DNA of 64,000 bases from Schmidtea polychroa. Lineage: Eukaryota. Within the stretch, counting starts at the first letter, position 1, and every line of letters starts with the position of its first letter. The notes under the pieces were generated by a model. The model did no database searches and was not told where the DNA came from. It saw only the letters and a program-made list of their open reading frames with translations. The translations under genes and the position numbers were made by a program. Location of the stretch: assembly GCA_044892525.1 (NCBI GenBank), contig CM097885.1, forward strand, positions 34,908,001 to 34,972,000. Direction: 5' to 3'. This document shows, one piece after another, positions 51,401-64,000 of the stretch.

Positions 51401-54400
51401 AAACCGTCCAAACTGTGGTTGCTGTCTTAATAAAAACAAAACAAACGCCAAAGCGATGCTTGGTTTGATGACAATCGGGGAATTTATAATGCTCGAACGT
51501 ATAAATTTTACTAATTTTTCGTCCTGGGCCCTTGTGCCGTGCACAACCTGCACAACCTATTGCTACGCCACTGGTGTTAGTTATTATGCAATATACATCA
51601 CCATTTAAGAGTGATCAGTCTATGTTAATGTAAATAAATCTTTATATGGAACCAATTGTTGTAACTGACGACCACGCCGAAAAAGTTCACACAATGACGA
51701 CTCGAGAAGAAGGGTAAAAGTTTGGAAGAGACGCACTACCGAAACGTGCGCAAGAACTCTTGGATATGGAAATTAGAAGATACGACGGTAGATGTACCAA
51801 GGAAGCTGAAAATGGATACAGGTAATTGATGATTGGATCGCTAGGAATGATTTGAAGAGGACAGAAGCATTCGATTTTCTCCTTTGCGATGTAGCGGCTA
51901 CGCTGTGGAAAAATTTCAAAACAGAAAAAACAACAGATAAAGCAGCTAAAGAATGGTTTTCCGAAACATTTACAATTAAATTGACTATTATGGACCAGAA
52001 TAAAGAACTTGCTGCAATTAGACAAGAGGAAAATGAGAGATATGCCACCTTCGAATTCAGGGTATTAAAATTAGTGAGTGAAGTTATTAATTCAGGAATG
52101 AGGGTAGAGGAGATTGCCAATGAAATTATAACTGGACGCGCCAGAGACAGAAGATTAAAGGATGCTCTAACAATGAAACCAACGATGACAGCAGAAGAAC
52201 GAAATCAACTGGCCAAAATTTACGAAAAAGTGGAATCAAAAAAAAAGACGGAAGAAATTATGGTAATAAAGAAGAGTAGTTACGCGGAAGCAACAAGAAG
52301 GAATTCAGAAACGTTTGCAAGAGAAACAAATGGAAGTAACACCAATGTATTAAGAAGCCAAGGAAATTACAGAAAAGAGAATTTACCAGATAATTCGTAT
52401 AACAGAAATAACGAAATGAATCACACAGTCGAACGGAATGTGCAGAGTAGGACACCAACGGTTTCGCTTAAACACATCACCAAGAGATTCTACAATTGAT
52501 CTCGAGACCTACCTGATCCAAGAAACGGCGAATTACAGCCAGGCCAATGTTTTTGCTGTTGAGAATATGGGCATAGAAGATATGAATGTCCACTAAAAAA
52601 TAAATGTTTGATATGTGGTAAGGGAGGGCATAATTTCCGTGATTGTTATTTATTAAGAAAGAACAACAGAACTATGAGAACAAGAAAATGATAGTTTGTG
52701 TGCATGACGAAGAAAACGGAAGAAATTACTCGATGAAGGATCAATTAATGATTATGCAATTCATGATGTGGAAACTGAAAAAAACACGAGGAACTCTATT
52801 TCATACATTTCGTCAATGGGGTTGTAAAGGAAGAAATTCGGAATGACAGAACAGAAGGAATTAGGTATGTGACATCAGGTGGAAGAGAATGGAGCAAGAT
52901 AATGATAAATGATGTTGAGATTGAGATGTTGTGGGATTCTGGAACTTCAATTACAGTGATGAATGAGGAAACATGGAATAAAATTGGCAGTCCACGGTTA
53001 AGCAGCAGTGAAATCAAAATATGTGGAGTTTATCCAGGAACTCAAAAACGACAGGGACGTACAGAAGCAAATATTTATTGGCACAATAAGATTAGGACTA
53101 TCAAAATAATTGTTATTAAAAATATATTTCCAGGTTTTATTGGGGGATAGATACTTTGAAAGCATTTGGAGTGCAGTTGATGGAAATTAACAATATCGAA
53201 TCCGAGACAAAGATTAGCAATTATACTGATGACGAGAGAAGACAAAAAGCAAAAAAGGAATTGGGAAGAAATGAATTACCAACAATTAACAAATTATTAG
53301 ATGAATTCGGGTCAATATTTATGGCAGCCAGATTTGATTTAGGATTCACAAGAATCATGAAGCACGAAATTAATACATCTGGGAATCCAACAATGCAATT
53401 TCCAAGACGACAACCGATGAATCTAGAACATAAAATTGACGATATGATAAAAGAGTTAACAAAAGCTGGGTTTAGAAGACACTGTAAGAGTACATTGAGC
53501 TCCCCATTGGTTGTAGTAGGAAAGAAAGACGGCTCAATAAGAATGTGCGTAGATTATCGAGAGTTGAACATGATGACGGAAAGAGACTCTTTCCCTATGC
53601 CCAACATATCCCGATTGCTCGATAACCTATCAGGATCTAAATTTCTTTCTTCTTTAGATCTTGGACAAGCATACTATCAGGTCGCATTAGCAGAAGAAGC
53701 ACAAGAAAAAACGGCTTTTAGTTCCAAAGAAGGTCTATTTTGTTTCAATCGACTTCCATTTGGATTATCAACGGCTCCAGCAACGTTTCAGCGATTAATG
53801 CACACGATGTTAGAATGTATATTGTTTAATGGAGCAATTGTTTATTTAGACGATATTCTGGTATATGGCAAGGACCAGTCTGAACATAATGAGTGATTGC
53901 GAGAAGTTTTTAGAAGAATAAAAAAAACAGGACTAAGAATAAATCCGGAGAAGTGCGAAATTTACAAAATTAAATTAAAATTCCTTGGTCAGTGAAGATG
54001 GAATACAGACAAATTCAGAGAAGATCAAGTCAATTACAGAAGCGACGAAACCACAGTGTACTAAACAACTTCGATCAATTCTGGGTTTGGCAAATTACTA
54101 TAGACGATTTGTCAAAGATTATGCTAAAATAGCAGCACCCCTACATGCAGCAGCGTCAAGTTGTGATAAAACAATCGAATGGTCAGAAAATTGTGAAAAC
54201 AGTTTTACACAACTTAAAGAAGAATTAACACAAGGTCCTATTCTTGATTTTTCTCGTATAGATCGTAAATTTATTTTGGATAATGATGCCAGTTTCGAAG
54301 CTATTGGAGCAATGTTGAGTCAAATAAAAGAAGACGGTTCAGAAATAGTTATCGCATACGGTTCAAGAAATCTGACGGCCCATGAAAAGGGATACTGGGT

Positions 54401-57400
54401 AACCAGTAAAGAGTTATTGGCATCGCATGAACATGTTTTATATTTTAGACAGTATTTATACGGGAAAGAATTCGTGGCTCGAACAGATCACAAAACTTTA
54501 GTATTTATGAACACGAAAAAAAAGCAATAAGCCCACAATTTCAGACATGGATGGCTAATCTATCCGAATGCGACTTCCAATTGAAATACCGGAAAGGTGA
54601 AGAACATGCAAACGCAGATGGATTATCAAGGATCAAGGGTAGTTTATGTGCACAGTGTCAGACGGCACATGTACAACATAAACAAGAAAGATCAATAGTA
54701 AAATATATCAATTTGATACAAAAAACACAGACAATGTTAAAAATTATGGAAGAACAGAAGAAAGATAAATTGTTCCAGGAAGCGATGGAAACTCTTAGGA
54801 ATCAGATAGATGTAAGGAAGGAATCGTTTCTAAATACTTTTTATTCAGATATAAAGATCGATTAAAGATATCGGATGATATGCTTGTATTGGAATCAGAC
54901 AAAATAGATGTTACGTTGGAATTAAGAAACTTTCATTATTTGGAAGGGAATTTTTTCTGGCCGAAAATGCAAGAAACCGTTATAGAGATAGTAAAACGAT
55001 ATGTCACATGTGCAAGAAGGAAAATAGACCAATGGAAGAAAAAGGAAATTTTAATTCCACACGAAAGTTCTGAATTTCTAGAACAGATTGTGATGAATGT
55101 TGCTTTCACGGAGAGAACTTCAACCGACAAAAAGTATGTTATCGTTACTATTGATAGGTTTAGCAAATTAGTAAGTCTAACGGCTGTCAGAACAATTAGA
55201 TTTACTTGTGACGATGATAAAAGGGGCTGTGCTGAAAAACAGTGGCACGAACTGCTGCCTCGAATTGAATTCAGTATAAATGCAACTTATAAAAGTTCTA
55301 CAAAATATTCACTGTAATGTATAGTTATTTTTACTAGTATTTTAGTATTCACAATTAGGGATTGTGAATACTAAAATATAAATTGTCACAATCTGGAAAA
55401 TCCAGATTTTTTTAAAAAAAAACTATATAGCGATAATTTACTATAGTAAATTATCGCTATAGAAATTGCAAAAATTAATAAAAAAAATCGAAAATAAAGA
55501 TTTCGCAAATTAATTCGAGTTAAAACGAGTTATCAAGTTGTAAACAAAAACTCCAATTCCAACTCCAATTATTAACTAAATATTCAAATCCCTTATAAAA
55601 GTAAAAGTCAAGTCCAGACCCAATTACAAGCCAAGGATAGAGTTCGGATACGATAACAAAGGCCAAAGTTGAAATAATCGAACACAGTATTAATACTAAA
55701 GAAGATTTGAATTCAAGCTAATCTATCTTAAACTGCAAGCTTCCAATCCTACCTCTAGGTAAAGGACCAGATTCAAATCCTAGTCAAACTATTTCAGAAC
55801 TCAAGGTTTTAGAATTTTTGTTTTTGAATAAAAGTTTTTGTCATAATCTATATTATTGTTAGTTATTATTTTTATTTTTTATTCATTATACAGCACTCAC
55901 CCCGATTGTCCCAATACATTTTTATCGGTGACTCTTTCGGGCTCAACAATTTTCTTATCAAACATACACTTAACATTCACCATTTGAGATAGTATATGGA
56001 AGGAAAATAACGTTACACGCTAATTCTAGACTCAAACATCAAGTACACGATATTTCGGAAGAAGCACAAACGAATAACAAGCAAGCTGCGCAAAAGATGA
56101 GGAAATTCGAAAAAGACAAAAGAATTAAACGACATTTTGAAGTGGGGGAGGAGGTACTAGTAAGACGAGAACCACATAGAAGAAACAAAAATGATATTCA
56201 ATATGGTGGTCCATATAAAATTCTTAGATTTGTTTCAGATCATCAAGTTGAATTGCAATATCCAGATACGACGCGGCACCGACGAATCGAATGGTTAAAG
56301 AGATGGCATCAATCTTATGAAGGGAAAAGTAATGATATTACATTGGAGGCCAATGACCACATGTGAAGCAGTTCAGAGTATATTGCGTAATTCAATACAA
56401 TGTGTTAGTAATTACGCAATATACATTACTATTTAAGAGTGATCACACTATGTTAATGTAAATAAATCTTTAGATGGAACCAATTGTTGTAACTGCTTCT
56501 AATAATAATACTTCAAATAAATAAGGCATGTCCACAGTGTTTATCCATTAAGAAAATATTTTGATCTAAAATAGGTTCTGTTCTCAATACGAAATTTAAC
56601 TAATCTATTCTATGTCTTCATAGACCAAGCGATGTCACAGATTAATTACTGAACATGTCACAAACTTTAAAACACTTTGAAATAATTTGAAATAATTTTT
56701 TAATTTTGACTCTTCTAATATTTTTAAAAATTTCAAAATTTTCTAAAACCCTTAGAAAACGTTCAAATGAAAATAGATGACATTAATATGAATGTTATTG
56801 CAACTTTACTCACTCATAATCAGGCCTGCCGACAGCAATTCCGCGCCCCTAAACAATTGGTAATCGTACAACGCATAAAATAGCAGATGACGTTTTATTT
56901 GACCTAGTGGCCTGTGGCCCGTGGGTGTCTTCTATAGTACACAAATGATACGCATGATTTCAGTTTCAGTAATCATAGTTAGTAAATATAACAGTTGTTA
57001 ATTCCAGCATTAAAAACTCAAAACTTTATTTAGTTTATTTTTGAATATTGATGCCGATGTTGATCTAACTATTTGTTGATGTTCGTTCAATTTATTGTGA
57101 TGAAATTCAGATGCTTGAACTTTAAACTGATTGCAGTCAACTTAAGTGTCAGTAATATATTTAAATACATAACAAATTGAGCCCGGGCCGCTGGGCATTT
57201 CCACCTCTGCCCCCCTCCCGGCTGGCCTGCTCATAATATTGCTAATATTTTTTTAATATATATTTGATGAAAACTTTTTTCAAAGATGAGATCATTTCTA
57301 ATCATCTAAATATTCTCTATTCATTTCTAGTGTATGCTGCCAACGGTAAAACACGTTTTCAATCTCTTTTATAAAAATCTTTCTTCTGACTACCAATAAA

Positions 57401-59267
57401 CTTCGCCATTGCGTCGCAAACAGCACCTTCATTCATGATATTTTTTTAGAGAAAGGAAATGTTACATCGACATAAATAGGTGATAGCTGGATGAGACGAT
57501 GTCTAGGGAGTATGGTGAATGGAGAGAATTTCTCAGTCATAATACTTGGATTTTTGTTGAGTTACTTTTGCAGCGTGATTTCATTGGGTTACCTTTCTGT
57601 AAGATAAAGCCGTTTCTAATACTGAATATCTATATTGTATACTATACAATGTATAGCATCCTTCCAACGTTACAGTTGCTCGCTATACACATCTGATGTA
57701 CTATCATATTTCATTAGCTCCTATTAAATGACCCCATGAATTTTCAACCATACGCAAGGCAAAATCTCTTTCCCATGGATATCTTGTTTTGCTTTGGTTT
57801 TGATGATTCGCATGATGGAAGCAATTGGTTTCAGCGCATGGGACTTTCCTGTTGGAGCCATTTTTCATCACCATTTTTAATCCAGTCAAGAAATGGATCC
57901 TTGTTTTAGCAAATGAACAAAAATTGCAAATAAAAATTTTTTGCATCTTGATTATTTCGCTCAAAATATATGGTAACCAACTTCCCTTCTTCCAAATTTT
58001 TTTCAGTGGACTTTAAATTTTCATGTTTTAATCCTAGCTGCTACTATTTCTTCCGCTATTATATTTAGTATCTTACTCCACAACTTTGTGGAGAACGTCA
58101 TAATCTATGGTAGATGGTCATCCACTTCTTGGAGCATCCTGTGTCAAAATTTCCATTACTAAATTTTACAAACCATCTTTGCAATTTTCTTTCATCCAGA
58201 GCATATTTATAAACGCTGTTGATCTTGTGTATTGTCTCCACCGCTTTTTGTAGAGCATACAATGTTTTAAATATCCCTCCGTCGGTTGTTACCCTGCCAT
58301 TTGTGATGGGGTAATATCGAGAGATAAAATTTCATAAAATGATTGAAACAAGTCAAATGCATGTGTAGAAAAGCAGAAAATATTTTATTAATTATTAGAA
58401 ATCGATTAAAAATAAATCAAAGTATGATTTTAAAATCGGCATTACTTTTTAAATAACCTACCGTATATAATCGCGTATAAGTCAAGTAAATTTTAAGAGG
58501 TTTTTAAGTCCTAAATTGGAAACCCGCGAATAAGTCGAAGTAACAAGAATAAAAAAAAGGTTTAATGATTTCATTAAAAATTAATTTGTACGTTTTTGAC
58601 CCGCGTATAAGTCGAAGTGGCTATTTTGACTTGTAAATTTGACGTAAAATTGACGTACATTTAAACAAAAATATAAAATAAAACAGTGATTATTATGGTG
58701 GCAATGAAAATATTTAAAATTGCATTTTTTTATATTAAATGAGAAATTTACAGAATCTAGATGAATATTTACTCGTTTTTATGTTTAAATCGTATTCAAA
58801 AATTGCTTTGATTCATTTTAACTACCTTAAAATATAACTTAAGAGATAATATATAAGTTAACCAAAATTTCAATTTCAGGATTAGAAAAAATTTCATAGA
58901 TGTCAAATATTATAAAAAAATTCAATCTTACTGTATGAAAGCGATGACATTTCCGAAGACATACTAAGAGATGATGGAAGCAACTTCTCGTTACTTCCGA
59001 AAAATGATCCCGATTGTGCGGAATTGTTGATATTGAAATATAGAGAATTGTATGGAATTTGAACATTTAATAACTGAATTGGTAATCCTTGTTCTTTTTT
59101 CCCTGTTTGTACATTTTCTTCGGCGTATGGACTGCCTGTTGGAAATGCACTTGCTACAGGCCCGCATACATCCACATAGGAAATGTTAGGATACATTTTC
59201 GATTGAGGATCTTGTGAAAGTTTTATCAAAATTATTTTTAACGCAGACTTCACATGTTCAAATTCAC
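48443..59267 (-). CDS. nova: Nova/pasilla-like KH-domain RNA-binding protein, last four exons (58932-59267, 49045-49265, 48862-48991, 48443-48810); upstream exons not identified in the window
   Basis: ILIKLSQDPQSKMYPNISYVDVCGPVASAFPTGSPYA matches the Nova KH2-linker signature (QKIxEDPQS..[22 protein letters not shown]). LKKLGYSDYTSDEIMSALMVLDKYGLLG matches the Nova linker. C-terminal KH-like fold. GT-AG introns of 9666, 53 and 51 bp with consistent phases 1, 0, 1; stop TGA at 48443. Confidence 0.85.
50583..50848. mobile_element. Old hAT-type MITE
   Basis: Degenerate TIRs CAGTGACGGCGGACC / GGTTGGCCATCGTTG; 6/8 TSD ACTTAAAT / ACCTAAGT. Confidence 0.55.
50950..51573. mobile_element. hAT MITE inserted in the 5' LTR
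   Basis: TIR CAGTGGCGTA / TACGCCACTG; perfect 8-bp TSD GTGTTAGT. Confidence 0.9.
55313..55975 (+). mobile_element. Solo LTR (663 bp) inserted in integrase; related to the LTRs of 15211-21187
   Basis: TGTAATG...TTAACA ends, 5-bp TSD TTCAC, splits TKYS|PFEIVYG. Shares CCCCGATTGTCCC and TATCGGTGACTCTTTCGGGCTCA blocks and the 36-bp palindrome with the young element. Confidence 0.92.
56821..57229. mobile_element. hAT MITE
   Basis: TIR CAGGCCTGCC / GGCTGGCCTG; perfect 8-bp TSD CTCATAAT. Confidence 0.85.
57280..58350 (-). pseudogene. Decayed mariner transposase
   Basis: Minus frames give FLDWIKNGDEKW (compare FLDRIVTGDEKW), SDVYSEQL*RW and a mariner-like C-terminus, with many stops. Confidence 0.7.
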
Positions 59268-59349
59268 CTAAATTTTGATTTCAATATTTCATATGGTACA
59301 TTATAAATTATAATGTGAAAATTCGACTAATCTTGATAGTAGAGAGAAG

Positions 59350-60240
59350 TGTGCTCCATGACTCATCGTTTTTTGTCATTTTTTTGCACTACCCCCCCCG
59401 ATGACTCAGCGCAAAACAAAGACATATGACTCATCGATGACTCATCCATAGCAACCGTGGTAACTGGTTCAAAGTCATATGACTCACCCATAGCAACCGT
59501 GGTAACCATGGTAACTAGATCAAGGTCGCATGACTCATCCATAGCAACGGTGGTCCCCATGGCAACTAGGCCAAGGTCATTCTATTTTTAGCAACAATGT
59601 CACGTGACGTCATCGATGAATCATCAAGGTCATTCTATTTTTAGTAAATAGGTCAAGGTCATTCTATTTTTAGTAACAAGGTCACATGACTCATCATTTT
59701 TAAACAAAGACGATGACTCATCATTAAAGTACATATGATTCATCACCGTTGATCCTGCCCGATGACTCATCATTTTTAAACAAAGAAGATGACTCATCAA
59801 GGTCATTCTATTTTTATTAGCAAGGTCATATGACTCGTCATTTTTGGAACAAAGCCAACTGACTCATTATTAAAGTATGTATGACTCATCATTTTTTAAA
59901 CAAAGACATTTAATCAAATATTTAAACAATGACATGTAAACAAATATTTAAATAAATACATTTAAACAAATATTTAAACAAAGACATTTAATCAAATATT
60001 TAAATAATGACATGTAAACAAATATTTAAATAAATACATTTAAACAAAGACATATAGACAAAGACTCATCGATGACTCATAGTTTAAATAAGAAGTTATT
60101 TTTTTTGTGCACTACCCCCCCCCCTTGTATGACTCATCGATGACTTTTTTGAACAAAGACCAATCATTTATTTTTAAGACAAAGACTATCACACACGATT
60201 AGAACGATGACTCAGGACTCCACTAGAACAAAGATGTTAT
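59350..60240 (+). promoter_or_regulatory. Dense array of transcription-factor-like motifs
   Basis: About 15 TGACTCA, about 9 AACAAAG, about 6 CAAGGTCA, 3 CTATTTTTAG, several CCATRGYAAC, and GTCACGTGACGTCA within about 900 bp. Confidence 0.7.
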
Positions 60241-60260
60241 TATCAAAATTATTATTATTA

Positions 60261-60297
<37 letters not shown>

Positions 60298-61099
60298 CAT
60301 TATTATTATTATTATTATTATCATTATTATTTTCAATGTAATATTATTATTTTATTATAATTATTATTATTACTATTATTATTATCAAATTAATATTATT
60401 TCAAAATATTATTTCAAAGTAATAAAAAATAATAATAAAAAATAAAATAATAATAACAAAGTAATAAAAAACATTACCATTTCTGATATAATTTTCTCCA
60501 TAAAAACATATTCTTCATAAAAAATTCATAAATTGATTTCATAATTTCTAAAAAACATTATAATTAAAAACATAATAATTAAAATTTACTTTTTCATCCA
60601 CGAGCATTTTGAAAAAATCATAGAGTATATGTAACGTCTATCCAATCAGAATACAGATAGGATAGAGAAATATACACACACATACTCTATGCTTTGTACT
60701 AAAATGATGAGTCATCAATGACTCACATAGTAACAAATAATGTCTTTGTTACTCATTGTCTTTGTTTAATTTACACGTGACATGAGTTCAACATGTCTTT
60801 ATAATAATAATATTTTTGTGAATAATAATAAAATTAATTAATTAATTAATAATAATAAAATTAATAATAAAATTAATTAATTAATAATAATTATAATAAA
60901 ATAATAATAAAAAATAGTATTACTTTGAAAAATAATAATATTATTTTGAAAATAATAATAAAATATATATATATCAAATAATTTAAATGCAAATCAATAT
61001 AATAAAATGGTGGGTCCCTCAAAAAATCTTTTCAAACCTTATAATTCGAAAGGTATTTCAGAGGTCTATCTAATGGTCATATCTTCGAATGGTATAACC

Positions 61100-61440
61100 T
61101 TCAAAGGGTCATAAACCTTCGAATTTTTTCAAACCTTATAATATATATATCAAACAAAAGGAAATTCAAAAATGAGTATGATGGTCCAAGTTTAAAGAGT
61201 CCAAGGTTCAAATTTTGAAAACCTTATAATATACATATCAAACAAAAGGTAATACAAAGATGAGTATGATGGTCCAAGGTATATGGTGGGTCAATAACCT
61301 TCAAAGGGTCAAAAACTTTCGAACTTTATAATATACATATCAAACAAAAGGTAATACAAAGATGAGTATGATGGTCCAAGGGTCAAATTTTTCAAACCTT
61401 ATAATATACATATCAAACAATAGGTACTACAAAGGTAGTC
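61100..61440 (+). repeat. Tandem repeat (TATAATATACATATCAAACAAAAGGTAATACAAAGATGAGTATGATGGTCCAAG), about 4 units
   Basis: Directly visible. Confidence 0.85.
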
Positions 61441-61608
61441 ATCGCTGACTTTTTATAACAAAGACAATGACTCATCACTTTTTAAAACAAAGACATCTGT
61501 TTTCAGAATGACGCGCCCATGGGATTTATTATTATTAATATCAAAATTATTATTATTATCAATATTATTTATTATTATCAATAGTATTATTATTATTTTT
61601 ATTATTAT

Positions 61609-61684
<76 letters not shown>

Positions 61685-61687
61685 ATA

Positions 61688-61741
<54 letters not shown>

Positions 61742-61949
61742 ATTATATTCATGTCTTTGTTAATCATGCACGTTTATTGCAAAGTCTTTGTTAATTATGC
61801 AAGTGTATTGCAAATTTATTAGTCATACCTTGATATTAATTTTACACACATACTCAATCCATTATTATTATTGCAAGTATTAGAGATAAATCTAAAATAT
61901 TTACACACACAAGTCTATTCGAAAGTATACATGCTAGGATTACACACCT

Positions 61950-63500
61950 TAAGGGTAGAAAAATATTTCTGAGTGATTGTGTGTGCAATAGCCAAAAATA
62001 ATAAATTTTATCAAATACATGTAAATTTTTTTAAAAATTCTATGTGTGTGTTATTGGTAGAGTGTGAGTGTGTAAAATATGAAATTTTATCAAATACATG
62101 TATAAATTTAGGTAAATTTTATGAAAAATCTATGTTTTTGTGTGTGTGTGTTACGGGTATAGTATGTGTGTGCGTAAATATATGAAATTTTATCAAATAC
62201 ATGTAAATTTAGTTAAATTTTATGAAAAATCTATGTGTGTGTGTTACGGGTATAGAATGTGTGTGTAAAAATATGAAATTTTATCAAATACATGTAAATT
62301 TCTTTAAAAAAATCTATATGTGTGTTTGTCCTATGGGGTAGAGAATTATTGTATATGTGTGTAAAAATTATATCAAATTTCTTTAAAATTTATGAAAAAT
62401 CTATATATGTGTGTGTTATGGGGTAGAGTATGTGTGCGTAAAAAACTTTTATCAAATACATGTAAATTTCTTTCAAAAATCTATGTTTTCTGTGTGTGCT
62501 ATGGTTAGAGAATTATTATGGGTGTATGTGTGTAAAAATATTAAATTTTATAAAAAGCATGTAAATTTCTTTCAAAAATCTATGTTTTCTGTGTGTGCTA
62601 TGGTTAGAGAATTATTATGGGTGTATGTGTGTACAAATAATAAATTTTATAAAAAGCATGTAAATTTCTTTAAAAATCTATGTTTTCTGTGTGTGTGTGT
62701 GGTATGGGTAATTATTATGGGTGTGTAAAAACTTTTATCAAATACATGTAAATTTCTTTAAAAAATCTATGTGTGTGCTATGGTTAGAGAATTATTATAT
62801 ATGTATTTGTGTACAAATAATAAATTTTATAAAAATCATGTAAATTTCTTTAAAAAATCTATGTTTTCTGTGTGTGTGTGTGTGCTATGGGGTAGAGTAT
62901 GTGTGTGTAAAAAACTTTTATGAAATACATATAAATTTCTTTAAAAAATCTATATGTGTGTTTGTCCTATGGGGTAGAGAATTATTGTATATGTGTGTAA
63001 AAATTATATCAAATTTCTTTAAAATTTATGAAAAATCTATATATGTGTGTGTTATGGAGTAGAGTATGTGTGTGTAAAAAACTTTTATCAAATACATGTA
63101 AATTTCTTTAAAAAATCTATGTTTTCTGTGTGTGTGTGTGTGCTATGGGGTAGAGTATGTGTGTGTAATAAACTTTTATGAAATACATATAAATTTCTTT
63201 AAAAAATCTATATGTGTGTTTGTCCTATGGGGTAGAGAATTATTGTATATGTGTGTAAAAATTATATCAAATTTCTTTAAAATTTATGAAAAATCTATAT
63301 ATGTGTGTGTTATGGAGTAGAGTATGTGTGTGTAAAAAACTTTTATCAAATACATGTAAATTTCTTTCAAAAATCTATGTTTTCTGTGTGTGTATGTGTG
63401 TGTGCTATGGGGTAGAAAATTATTGTGTGTGTATGTGTGTAAAAATATGAAACTTTATCAAATTTCTTTAAAATTTATGAAAAATCTATGTTTTTGTGTG
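61950..63500 (+). repeat. Satellite-like array of about 80-110-bp units (TTTATCAAATACATGTAAATTTC..AAAAATCTATGT..GGGGTAGAG)
   Basis: Directly visible, including a near-exact higher-order duplication of about 258 bp (62870s and 63130s). Confidence 0.9.
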
Positions 63501-63646
63501 CATTGTACGTGTATTGCACATGCTTATTTTAACACGGGTATATATGCTTAATATGTGATTATACTCTGAGTTTATCCGACAAGATATTTTGTCCCCCTAT
63601 GGGTAATGTTCACACTCAACATGTTGCAAGTGTACTGCTCACAAGG

Positions 63647-63694
<48 letters not shown>

Positions 63695-63950
63695 CTCAGA
63701 GTTTATCCGACAAGATATTTAGTCCCCTTTATGAGTACTACTCGCAAAGGTACTGCTCACATGTCTCAAAGAGTATATATACTGACCAATCAAAATCAAG
63801 GAAGGGGTAGAAAAAATATATATTACTTGCAGTATTTTAAAACTTAAATATATTTTGACACCATTTTCAACATTTTCATCAATTATTATTATTTTTATTA
63901 TTGTTATTATTAACGCGCGGGGGATATTATTATTATTTATAATATTTTCA

Positions 63951-63990
<40 letters not shown>

Positions 63991-64000
63991 AGTATTATTA

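Larger units (their letters stand above)
50868..56494 (+). mobile_element. Degenerate full-length Ty3/gypsy element with short AGT...ACT LTRs, in the Nova intron and antisense to the gene
   Basis: 5' LTR 50868-51666 (interrupted by a MITE) and 3' LTR 56328-56494 (167 bp); 5-bp TSD GCTTC; PBS-like TGACGACCAC and PPT GAAGGGAAA. gag with two CCHC knuckles (about 52548-52645), PR (WDSGT), RT (YLDD), RH and IN, with many stops. Confidence 0.92.
59338..64000. mobile_element. Left part of a second Polinton/Maverick-like non-coding element (runs off the window)
   Basis: Begins AGTAGAGAG and is followed by successive tandem arrays. Shares the TACTC(T/A)GAGTTTATCCGACA..GTCCCC motif (about 63562 and 63693) with 29157-39269. 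The right end and TSD are not visible. Confidence 0.5.

Overview
Very AT-rich eukaryotic genomic DNA, with (AAT)n/(AT)n microsatellites and about 50-bp introns; this suggests a planarian-type flatworm, but that is inference only. It is mostly a nest of mobile elements. (1) An old, patchily homogenised palindrome of at least 7.7 kb at 1-7680. (2) A very young but lesioned full-length Ty3/gypsy element at 15211-21187 (identical LTRs, GTCTG TSD, tRNA-Leu PBS, -1 frameshift signal). (3) A rearranged gypsy-like piece at 23187-29156 carrying a Bcl-2 BH2-like motif, a chuvirus-like glycoprotein N-terminus, RT/RNaseH/integrase fused to a second type-I membrane protein, a coiled-coil ORF and an antisense spliced Cys-rich micro-gene. 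(4) A 10.1-kb non-coding palindrome at 29157-39269 with Polinton/Maverick-type AGTAG...CTACT ends and a 6-bp TSD, which may be a snap-back defective Polinton. (5) A second Polinton-like end at 59338 whose terminal region is a dense array of canonical transcription-factor motifs. (6) A degenerate gypsy element with AGT...ACT LTRs, several solo LTRs, hAT MITEs, and mariner and Zator-like remnants. Host sequence consists of the last four exons of a Nova/pasilla-like KH gene (minus strand, 48443-59267) and a spliced chimeric ORF containing an alpha-tubulin fragment (39870-40340). All family assignments are by eye and need database confirmation.
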